A DNA stretch of 64,000 nt from Armatimonadota bacterium. Lineage in GTDB: Bacteria > Armatimonadota > SYMT01. A program made the translations under genes and the position numbers. Under the pieces are notes generated by a model. That model was not told the DNA's origin. It was given only the letters and a program-made list of their open reading frames with translations, and made no database searches. Shown here piece by piece: positions 1-7,932 of this stretch (within the stretch, counting starts at the first letter, position 1; each line of letters starts with the position of its first letter). The DNA lies in NCBI GenBank assembly GCA_041690135.1, contig JAWLHY010000001.1:1284865-1348864 (forward strand). Direction: 5' to 3'.

Positions 1-1
1 G

Positions 2-1168
2 CCGCGCTGGAGTTGGCACACCAGCGCGGCATGGACGGATTACGACCGGGATGGGTTGCTGGACCTGTTTCTCTGCCGATACGTGTCCTGGTCGCCGGAA
101 AAGGACGTGCCCTGCCGGAGCAAGACCGGGAAGCGGACTTATTGCGGACCGGAGTTCTATCCTGGGGATCGGCCGGTTCTTTACCGGAACCTGGGTCGGG
201 GACGGTTCGAAGACGTGAGTGCCCGCACGGGCATTGCCTCCGCCGTTGGGAAAGGCCTTGGAATCGTTCCCGTGGATGAAAATGAGGATGGCTGGGTCGA
301 CCTGGCGGTGGCCAACGACATGACGCCCAATTTCCTGTTTCGCAATGAGGCGGGAAAGCGATTCGTGGAGGTAGGGCAGGAATCGGGTCTCGCCGTGGGG
401 GAGAGCGGCCGGCCGCGTGCCGGCATGGGGATCGACATCGCCGATACCCGGAACGACGGCCGTCTATCCGTAGCCATCGGCAACTTCGCCAACGAGGGGC
501 TGGCGCTCTTTTCCCAGGAAGGTGGCCTCTATTCGGACCAGGCGGGACCGGCGGGTCTGCTGCCGGAGAGCCTTTCTCGTCTGACCTTCGGTCTCATGTT
601 CTTGGACGCGGACCGGGACGGTTGGCAGGACCTGTTTGCCTTCAACGGACACGTCAATCCGCTGGTGGCCGAAGAGGGTGAAGAAGGCGAAGGCGCCACC
701 TATCGCCAGTCGCCCCTGCTCTTCCGGAACTCTCGGGGGCAGTATACGAACGTCAGTGCGACGGCCGGTCCGGCGATCCAACAGCCACAGGTGGGCCGGG
801 GATGCGCGTGGGGGGACTTCGACAATAACGGTCACCCGGATCTGCTCCTCTGTGAGAACGGGGGGCCGGCGCGTCTGCTGCGCAACACTACGGACGATGC
901 GCACCACTGGCTGGGTATCCAGTTACAGGGTCGAAGCAGCAATCGGAACGGCTACGGAGCGGAGGTCCGGCTGACCGCCGGAGGCGTCACACAGCGCCGT
1001 TGGGTGCGCAGTGGCGCCAGCTACCTTTCGCACAGCGATTCGCGTGCCCTGTTCGGCCTGGGACCCCAAGCCTCGGTGGATCGCCTGGAGGTCCGCTGGC
1101 CCTCGGGAAAGACGACCGTCCAGGAGGGCATAGCCGCCGACCGCTACCTTCAGGTTCGCGAGCCGTAA
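2..1168 (+). CDS. ASPIC/UnbV (CRTAC1-like) family protein with FG-GAP/VCBS-type repeats; 5'-truncated by the window start
   Basis: The frame is open from position 2. Repeated D-x-D-x-DG motifs (DYDRDGLLD, DENEDGWVD, DADRDGWQD, DFDNNGHPD) and a C-terminal UnbV-like tail (LGIQLQG..NGYGAEVRL..G). Confidence 0.7.
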   Translation, partial: PRWSWHTSAAWTDYDRDGLLDLFLCRYVSWSPEKDVPCRSKTGKRTYCGPEFYPGDRPVLYRNLGRGRFEDVSARTGIASAVGKGLGIVPVDENEDGWVDLAVANDMTPNFLFRNEAGKRFVEVGQESGLAVGESGRPRAGMGIDIADTRNDGRLSVAIGNFANEGLALFSQEGGLYSDQAGPAGLLPESLSRLTFGLMFLDADRDGWQDLFAFNGHVNPLVAEEGEEGEGATYRQSPLLFRNSRGQYTNVSATAGPAIQQPQVGRGCAWGDFDNNGHPDLLLCENGGPARLLRNTTDDAHHWLGIQLQGRSSNRNGYGAEVRLTAGGVTQRRWVRSGASYLSHSDSRALFGLGPQASVDRLEVRWPSGKTTVQEGIAADRYLQVREP

Positions 1169-1263
1169 CTCACTTCATGTGGACCATTTCCGGATCATGA
1201 ATTAAGGGAGCCGCAACCCATCCCGGTTGCGGCTCCCTTCTTCGTGACTACCCGACCTGGAAA

Positions 1264-1968
1264 TTAATTCAGGTCCCACATGTCCGTGGGGCCACCGATC
1301 TGCGGCGAGCCGGCGCGGATCCATACCGAGGACGGCTTCATTGCCTTGACGTGGCCGTCCAGGAAGGCAATGTTCGCCTGCCCGCTGTGGCGGGCTACCA
1401 CCGTCTGCGGTCCGCAGCAAGTACCACCCGCCCCGGGGCTCTGGGCATAGTAGCGCAGTACATTTCCTCCGCCGATGTTCGCCGGGAAGTCCGCATCCGG
1501 GTTAGCTTCGTACTGGGCCCACGAAACTCCGGCGTTGTCGCCGCCGCGGTCCGCGAAGAGGATGGTTTCCGCCGGCTTCTGCACCTGCGCCATCGACTTG
1601 ATGCCGCCGCTCGCCCAGCCGAACACCGAGTGGTGATGGCCGTAGCCGGTGTTGATGCCGGACGACACATCATACCCGACGCTGCTGGGGCACTTCAGCA
1701 CCTGGTAGTTCTTGATGTAGGGCTGAATGTGTTGGCCCCAGTACCCTCCGACGCAACTGGCTCCCATACACGACGAAATAATCATTTCGTCGTAGTCCTG
1801 GGAATACATGGTCGCTCCGGTGATGATCTGTTTCAGGTTACTCTTGCACGAGGTCGCGCGAGCAGCCTCGCGGGCGCGAGCAAAGACCGGGAAAAGGATG
1901 GCAGCCAGGATGGCGATAATGGCTATGACCACCAAGAGCTCAATCAGGGTAAACGCACGCTTCTTCAC
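1264..1968 (-). CDS. DUF1559 (H-X9-DG) protein with prepilin-type N-terminal cleavage/methylation domain
   Basis: N-terminus [29 protein letters not shown] is prepilin-like; C-terminal FLDGHVKAM is the H-X9-DG motif. GTG start with a GAGGAG RBS 6 nt upstream. Confidence 0.85.
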   Translation of the reverse strand: MKKRAFTLIELLVVIAIIAILAAILFPVFARAREAARATSCKSNLKQIITGATMYSQDYDEMIISSCMGASCVGGYWGQHIQPYIKNYQVLKCPSSVGYDVSSGINTGYGHHHSVFGWASGGIKSMAQVQKPAETILFADRGGDNAGVSWAQYEANPDADFPANIGGGNVLRYYAQSPGAGGTCCGPQTVVARHSGQANIAFLDGHVKAMKPSSVWIRAGSPQIGGPTDMWDLN

Positions 1969-2258
1969 GTACTACTCCTCGAAATGGGATTGCGAACGCC
2001 ACTGTACCTTGCACTTCACTGATACTCCAGGGAGTGACGTTCGTGAATGAACGACAGATACTGCAACCCAGAATTGGGCTCACTTGCGCCAGCATCCTCC
2101 CTCAAAATGCCGAAACCAGCTCGCCATCTGCAACTCCTCAAAATCGTCTCTATAAGAGAATATTTCCGCAAGGATCCACGCGGGTTGGATGGCACACTTC
2201 AAACAGTGTATGTGATTGGTAACTCACCAGTCTGCTGGGCGCAAGGTTAAAAAGAGCC

Positions 2259-2725
2259 GTGGAGGAACTGATCGAAGCCGGCGCCGACGTGAACACAGCG
2301 GTGGTCTACGACGATACGGTCGAGCCAAACCGGCCCCGGACTCTGGAAGAGCGGATGCGAGCCCGGCCGCAGGTACCTCTGTGGCTGGCCGCGGGGCAAC
2401 TCGACACGCTGCAGGACGCCCCTCCCCTGTTCGCGGCGGCCCGCCTCGGGCACGCGGAAGTGTCCGGGTGCTTGCCCGCGCTGGTGCGGACCTTGAAGCG
2501 CGGAAGAGCCCGCGGTCGCTCACGCCGTTGATGTTGGCCGTGCGCTATGGCCATGTCGCAGCGGCAGAGGCGCTGATCCGGGCTGGAGCGGACGTCAACG
2601 CCACCCTCGACGTCAGCACTTACCGCCAGCCCGACCGGACCGCCCTCTCCATCGCGCGGGTGCGCAACGACCCGGATCTGATCCGGCTGTTGGAAGAGGT
2701 CGGCGCGGTGGATCCCGCACCCTGA
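2259..2725 (+). pseudogene. Ankyrin-repeat gene remnant, 5'-truncated and frameshifted
   Basis: Ankyrin-like translation (ELIEAGADVN..., LFAAARLGHAEV) starts right after an in-frame TAA. It switches frame near 2462-2470 (apparent 1-nt loss in gaagtg|tccggg) and continues as VRVLARAGADLEA...LTPLMLAVRYGHVAAAEALIRAGADVN. Confidence 0.5.
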
Positions 2726-2740
2726 CGTGGTTTTTTGACT

Positions 2741-3952
2741 ATGCGTAAGAGAACGATCAAAGCACCACCGGATCTCCGTGCCCCCGACGCACTGGAGAGG
2801 GTCCGGCAGTTCCTCCAGGGCGAGCCTGACCGGGAAGCCCTCGGTGAGGCGCTCCAGGCCGCCGCCGAAGCGGGACACCTGGAGACGGTGCGCCTCCTGC
2901 TCCGGGCGGGTGCTACGCCGCGGGGCGTGACGGAGCTCTCTCCGCTGGGCGCCGCTGCGGCCGGCGGTCACACGGAAGTTGCCGCGGCCTTGCTGGAGGC
3001 GGGGGCCCCGGTCGATATCGGTTTCGGGGAACAGGCACTGACCCCGCTGATGCTTGCGGCCGGGCATGGGCACCTGCTCCTCGTGCGGCTCCTCATTGCC
3101 GCCGGAGCGGTCGTCGATGCCGTGGACGTCCGGGGCCGAACCGCATTGGCACATGCCAGCAACGGCCACTACGCGGAAATCGTGGAGTACCTCCAGCCTC
3201 TCACCGCCCCGGAGAACCGTCGCCTGCCGCGCCCCAAAGTGGACGATGCCCGCACCCGCCAGTTCCTCCTGGCTGCGGAAGCGGGGCGGCTGGGCGAGAT
3301 ACGGAAGCTCCTGGCGACCGGGATCGCCGTGGACGTGATGATGGACACTCCCCTCGCGGGCGCTACCGCGCTGATCCGGGCCGCCCGAGCCGGCCGGGAG
3401 CGGGTAGTGCAGGTCCTGCTGGAAGGCGGAGCTACCGTCGATGTGGCGCACGAGGAGAACGAATGGACCCCGCTGATCGCGGCCACCCAGGCGAAGGGCA
3501 ACCTGCCGGTCCTGCGTCTCTTGCTTGCGTCCGGAGCGCAGGTGGATGCGCGAGACGCGGAAGGACACACTCCCCTGATCCACGCCGCCGCGCACAAGCA
3601 TTTGGAGCAGGTCGAGGCGCTCCTGACGGCCGGGGCCGACGTGAACGCCCGGAGTAGCGGCGGAATGACGGCCCTCATGCACGCCGCCCGCACCGACCGT
3701 TGGGCCGGCACCCCGGCCGCCCTGGCGACCACCCTTCGAGTACTCCTGGCGGCTGGGGCCGAGGTGGAGGCTCAGGATGCCCGGGGCCGGACCGCCCTGA
3801 TGCACTCTGTAGAAACCGGAGACCGTCCCGACGTGGTGGTGCTCTTGCTGGAAGCCGGCGCCGAGCGCAGCATGCAGGAAGAGCAGGGACTGACGGCCGC
3901 GGATCTGGCCCGGAAGTACCACCGCCCGAAAGCGCTGGCGCTTTTAGTGTAG
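2741..3952 (+). CDS. Ankyrin repeat protein (about 11 repeats)
   Basis: Repeated TPLMxAAxxGHxxxVxLLxAGAxVx motifs throughout. ATG at 2741 is preferred over the TTG at 2735. Confidence 0.85.
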   Translation: MRKRTIKAPPDLRAPDALERVRQFLQGEPDREALGEALQAAAEAGHLETVRLLLRAGATPRGVTELSPLGAAAAGGHTEVAAALLEAGAPVDIGFGEQALTPLMLAAGHGHLLLVRLLIAAGAVVDAVDVRGRTALAHASNGHYAEIVEYLQPLTAPENRRLPRPKVDDARTRQFLLAAEAGRLGEIRKLLATGIAVDVMMDTPLAGATALIRAARAGRERVVQVLLEGGATVDVAHEENEWTPLIAATQAKGNLPVLRLLLASGAQVDARDAEGHTPLIHAAAHKHLEQVEALLTAGADVNARSSGGMTALMHAARTDRWAGTPAALATTLRVLLAAGAEVEAQDARGRTALMHSVETGDRPDVVVLLLEAGAERSMQEEQGLTAADLARKYHRPKALALLV

Positions 3953-3975
3953 AGCCGGCGAGGGACTGACAAACC

Positions 3976-4341
3976 ATGGAGTTGATCGAAGCAGTGCAAG
4001 CGGGTGATACCACCCGCGCTGGCGAACTCCTGGAACTCGGGGTCGACACGGATGACGCAAGCCGAGCGCTCCCGCTCGCAGTGAGCCGGGGACATTTGCC
4101 GATCGTAGGTGAGTTGCTCCAGGCCGGCGCCGACCCCGAGCTGCCCTCGAATGAGGGGATACTCGCCATCGCGGCGGCAGGAACTCTTCAGGCTCAACTG
4201 GTGCTGGACTATAGCACCCCCGGCGAGCCGCGGGTACTGCGCGCGACGCACGAAGAAGAGGGAGAATTGGTGGCAATCGACGGGGTCGAGTCGTTCGATG
4301 ACCTGCTGCAGGTGATGCGGAAGCCACTCCGCCGGAGATGA
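3976..4341 (+). CDS. Small ankyrin-like protein
   Basis: ELLELGVDTD..ALPLAVSRGHLPIVGELLQAGADPE ankyrin-like repeats; GAGGGA RBS about 10 nt upstream of the ATG. Confidence 0.55.
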   Translation: MELIEAVQAGDTTRAGELLELGVDTDDASRALPLAVSRGHLPIVGELLQAGADPELPSNEGILAIAAAGTLQAQLVLDYSTPGEPRVLRATHEEEGELVAIDGVESFDDLLQVMRKPLRRR

Positions 4342-4380
4342 ACTCCGCATGTTCGTCTGGTATCATCCTCCTGCAAGCCG

Positions 4381-5202
4381 ATGAATCGACGAAACCTCAC
4401 GCAAGCGCTGATCGCCGCCGGTGCGTTGTGGCTTTCGTGCTGCAGTCACGGCCCGAAGGAGGAACGAATGGCGGTTGGAGACAAACCCGCGCCCAGACCG
4501 GTTCCGGAGGCCGAAGTGAACGGATGCGTCCTTGACCCGGCCCGTTTGGGTCCGCTGAAAGACTGCATGCAAAGCTGTGGCCCCGATGAACCGCGAGACG
4601 AATGGAACCATAGCTGCCTCCATCCCCGTACGGTCGCCTACTCCTGCGGCCGGGTCGTCGTTCCCGGCGCCCCCAACCCGCACGACCACCCCGAGGGGGA
4701 GCAGGAACTGTGCCGGCGCCTCGCGGAGGCCGCGGCTCCACTGACCGACGGTTTCTGGGCGCTCGGATCGGAGTCGACGACTCCCTTTGTGCCGTTCTTC
4801 CTCACCGCCAACTCCAGAGAGATGGCCCAGGAGGCACCGACTGCTGAAGATATCCGGCGACTGTTCGGCGGGAGCATCTACCCCGCGGCCAAGATTACCC
4901 TGGAGCCACTGGCGGAGGAGGGAAGTTGGTGGCAATTCGTGCTCGATATGAAAGCCGGCGGCCCCCCGGGCTCCTACCAGCCCGGCAAGGATCCCACGGT
5001 CGACGCCGATATCGACCGGTGGCGGAACATGGTCCGATGGTTCCGCTCCCGCCAGGAGTTTCGCGGCGCCTACTACATTGAGATCGGCGGTTATCCCCTG
5101 GACGAGGAGCTCAATCAGGCCAGCCTCTTCCCCTGCCTCATCGTCGGGGTCACGGAGCGGGGCAGTCTCGCCGGCGTCTGTTCCTACGCAGTTCAGACTT
5201 GA
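4381..5202 (+). CDS. Hypothetical secreted protein or lipoprotein
   Basis: N-terminal signal-like region with basic residues followed by ALIAAGALWLSCCS. Balanced aromatic and acidic composition, unlike the Arg/Gly-rich antisense ORF on the other strand. No clear RBS. Confidence 0.5.
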   Translation: MNRRNLTQALIAAGALWLSCCSHGPKEERMAVGDKPAPRPVPEAEVNGCVLDPARLGPLKDCMQSCGPDEPRDEWNHSCLHPRTVAYSCGRVVVPGAPNPHDHPEGEQELCRRLAEAAAPLTDGFWALGSESTTPFVPFFLTANSREMAQEAPTAEDIRRLFGGSIYPAAKITLEPLAEEGSWWQFVLDMKAGGPPGSYQPGKDPTVDADIDRWRNMVRWFRSRQEFRGAYYIEIGGYPLDEELNQASLFPCLIVGVTERGSLAGVCSYAVQT

Positions 5203-5486
5203 GAAGTCGGGCGAGCCGGGAGTGAGTCGTGATGACTGCGAAGCGCCCCGCCAGTCCAAAGGAAAGCCGGTGTAAACCTCGACCTGCCGTTGCGAGAGAT
5301 CCCGCGTTCGCTGCTTGTGCTGACCGCATTCAGGGACCTCCACGGTGTCGTACGGCTGCTTCTCCAGACGGGAGCGGACGAGAACTCGCAGCACGGTGAT
5401 GGTGTGAGTTCTCGAATGCTGCCGTGTGAGGGCATGCCGAAGTTATGCGTGACTTGCATCGGGGGGAACCGGAGCCATCTTGCGTA

Positions 5487-6056
5487 TCATGCGCCGAAGT
5501 GTGGGCGATTGAGGTACGGTCGTGAAACCTCGCAAATCGCACCATCTCCGCAATAAACAATATCGAACTGGACGTAGAGACCATCACGGTGACACGCCAC
5601 CACTCGGCCCGGATTATGGGGTCCTCCGCGGATGTCGAATCGGTCCCAGACTGTCTGGATCGAAGTCTCCTGCCGAATGGAAGCACAGTCTTCGATGAGT
5701 GACAGAAGCCAATTCTGATGGTTGGTTTGGGGATCGCAGCCCACGCCGAACAGGGTTAGCGTAGGCCGGCCCAACCGCCACACCCTGTCCCGTCCATCTG
5801 GGACGTTAAGCAATCGGTCGTGTCCGTCATAGCGGGGGCCGTCGAATGGCACCAGTTCCACGGCCAACTCCACGAGGTCGCATTCGCGATGAACGTAGCG
5901 GCCGTGGCGGAAGGCGTCGCCGCTCTGGAAGAACCGCTGCTCCAATTGACCCCGCGACATGCCTTCGGAGAGCGCTGCCCAGTCCTCAAAAATGCCCGCA
6001 AGCCACTGCTTTTCATCTCGGAACGGATCGTCCGCGGCGAGCCCGTGCCAACTCAT
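5487..6056 (-). CDS. Hypothetical protein
   Basis: Start at MSWHG... has a GAAGGAAG RBS 5 nt upstream of the ATG. Composition is protein-like. I recognised no domain. Confidence 0.55.
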   Translation of the reverse strand: MSWHGLAADDPFRDEKQWLAGIFEDWAALSEGMSRGQLEQRFFQSGDAFRHGRYVHRECDLVELAVELVPFDGPRYDGHDRLLNVPDGRDRVWRLGRPTLTLFGVGCDPQTNHQNWLLSLIEDCASIRQETSIQTVWDRFDIRGGPHNPGRVVACHRDGLYVQFDIVYCGDGAICEVSRPYLNRPHFGA

Positions 6057-6199
6057 GGGTTCTTCCTTCACAGCTCCGTTACACACGGAAAATGAAAGGC
6101 AGCGGCTCTCTCTTGGAGGGAACCGCTGCCTTAACCTTCACCTAGGGTCACTGGTATCGGCTTACGCCGCCGCCAGTTCCCCCGTTCTGCCGAAATTGC

Positions 6200-6910
6200 T
6201 TAACGACGCTGGAGGGCCATCAACAACCGCAGCACGTACCAGAACAGCAGGGCCACCGCGGCGAACAGTTCCAGGGCCGCCGCCACGTACTGGTCGGTCT
6301 CGTACTCATGGAGGACCTTGGAGGTGCTGTAGAGGATCGTGCCGCAAGCGAACAGGATCATCGCGGCGCTGAACCAGATGCCCAGGTTGAAGCCGAAGAT
6401 GGCGCCGCAGATGATCGCTCCCAGCGCCACGATGCCGCCGACCATCAGCGCTGTACGCAGGAAGGAGAAGTCCTTCTTGGTCATCAGCGTGTAGAACGAC
6501 AGCCCGCCGAAGGTCAGAATAGTGATACCGGCGGCCGAAGGCAGTGCTCCGGGAGCCATCACCGCGGCGAGGAAGATCATCGGGGAGAAGATGATCGCCT
6601 CGGCCAGAGTGTAGACCGCGAGCCCGCCGTACTGCATGGGAAGGCTGCGCGCGGACTGCGCCATCGAGGAGCCCATCCAGCCGGCCAGGGCGAATCCGCC
6701 CAGGATCAGCAGCCAGCCGAAGCGGTTGCCGGCGACCAGGCTCAGGATCAGGGCGCCGAGACCCACCTGGTAGAACAGGAACGAAAGGGCGACGAAGCCG
6801 ATGACCGCACCCGTCAGGTGCAGGTAGGTTTTGCGGATGAACGCCAGGCGCTCATCCAGGGGAGCGGATATGACCCCGGAATACCCGGGGAACCGATCGG
6901 TCATGCTCAT
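6200..6910 (-). CDS. Bax inhibitor-1/YccA (TMBIM) family membrane protein
   Basis: Seven hydrophobic segments and the typical C-terminal ILYSTSKVLHEYETDQYVAAALELF...LLFWYVLRLL motif. AGGAG RBS. Confidence 0.9.
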   Translation of the reverse strand: MSMTDRFPGYSGVISAPLDERLAFIRKTYLHLTGAVIGFVALSFLFYQVGLGALILSLVAGNRFGWLLILGGFALAGWMGSSMAQSARSLPMQYGGLAVYTLAEAIIFSPMIFLAAVMAPGALPSAAGITILTFGGLSFYTLMTKKDFSFLRTALMVGGIVALGAIICGAIFGFNLGIWFSAAMILFACGTILYSTSKVLHEYETDQYVAAALELFAAVALLFWYVLRLLMALQRR

Positions 6911-7323
6911 GGAAGCAGTTCTCCTGATGCCGGCAGAATTGGATCCGGCACTGGCACCAATTCGAATCTAACAAACTCTTGGGAATCCGCCAACCAGACC
7001 ACCCTCTTGTGCCCTTCCAACGCAACACCTTGCGACCGCCGTCCGGCACTCAATGGGATGGCGGCAGGTACCTGTAGAGGAGCGGTCGGCCCTGCACATC
7101 GTGCAGGAAGCCAGCTCTGAAGGATAGTTCACCCTCTGCGGGCCGGAATCCTTCGCCACTGGAGGAAAGGGTTGGAAGTTGGGGATACCGGCAACCGGAA
7201 GGGTTTCGTCGCCGCATCGGGCGGGTACTCCCGCTGTGCGATGCCCGTGTGAAGCTGCACGGCTTCCGGATGCCGCGCGCGACGATGTCGCCGCACGCAC
7301 AGTACCTCAAAGGAGAAAAGACG

Positions 7324-7515
7324 ATGGCCGATCAAACGAGCAACCGGAAAGACCACAAAGAGTCGATCGAAGAGGCGCAGCGCTCCACCTTGCAGCCGGA
7401 GTCCGGCAAAAAGGGCGGCGAGATCCCCAGCCAGGGTCACGGTCCGGCGACCCAGAAGAACCCAGAACACCGTGGGCACGGCGGGAAGGACAAGGACAAG
7501 CAGAAGTCGGACTGA
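7324..7515 (+). CDS. Small hydrophilic KGG-motif stress-like protein (63 aa)
   Basis: AAAGGAG RBS 8 nt upstream of the ATG. Highly charged, Gly/Lys-rich sequence (GKKGGEIPSQGHGPA...GGKDKDKQKSD). Confidence 0.55.
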   Translation: MADQTSNRKDHKESIEEAQRSTLQPESGKKGGEIPSQGHGPATQKNPEHRGHGGKDKDKQKSD

Positions 7516-7525
7516 GAGGGCATCT

Positions 7526-7909
7526 GTGGGTGTGTCACTGTTCGATCGGCAGACGGACGAAATCGTCTTCGACATCAACTTTTGGCATTGGCGCGCCATC
7601 GTCGAGGCAGTTCGGTCCCTCGAAGTTCTGCCGGATGAGCGAGTGGATGCCCTTCACGAACTGTGGCAAGACACAGGCCTGACGGCGGAAGAGGCGCGCC
7701 GGGTCGCATTTGCGATCCGGGAGCGCCTCCTGCCGACCTTGCATCCGGAAGAACGCCTGCTGCTCGACGGTACACGGACCACTGCACCGGACGACGGCAT
7801 CTTTTACACGGTGCCCGCCGAGCGGCATCGCAACTACAGCACCACTCCGGACGTCCTCGAACGGTTCGCCATGTGCTGTGAGACCTGCGGTGGTTTCCGC
7901 GTCTGTTGA
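7526..7909 (+). CDS. Hypothetical protein with a Cys-rich C-terminus (CCETCGGFRVC)
   Basis: ORF with protein-like composition downstream of the small stress-like gene. Start is uncertain (GTG). Confidence 0.35.
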   Translation: MGVSLFDRQTDEIVFDINFWHWRAIVEAVRSLEVLPDERVDALHELWQDTGLTAEEARRVAFAIRERLLPTLHPEERLLLDGTRTTAPDDGIFYTVPAERHRNYSTTPDVLERFAMCCETCGGFRVC

Positions 7910-7932
7910 GCGGTCCTTTCCCTGCAAGTCCC

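Noticed and set aside
2216-2258. Upstream part of the 169-aa ORF preceding the ankyrin fragment
   Set aside because: Basic, low-complexity sequence with no ankyrin similarity. The ankyrin-like signal begins only after 2250.
2306-3922. 538-aa minus-strand ORF
   Set aside because: Antisense to the ankyrin genes; it is a shadow of their Ala/Gly-rich codons.
4363-5394. 343-aa minus-strand ORF
   Set aside because: Arg/Gly-rich and low-complexity. The plus-strand ORF has a signal peptide and balanced composition.
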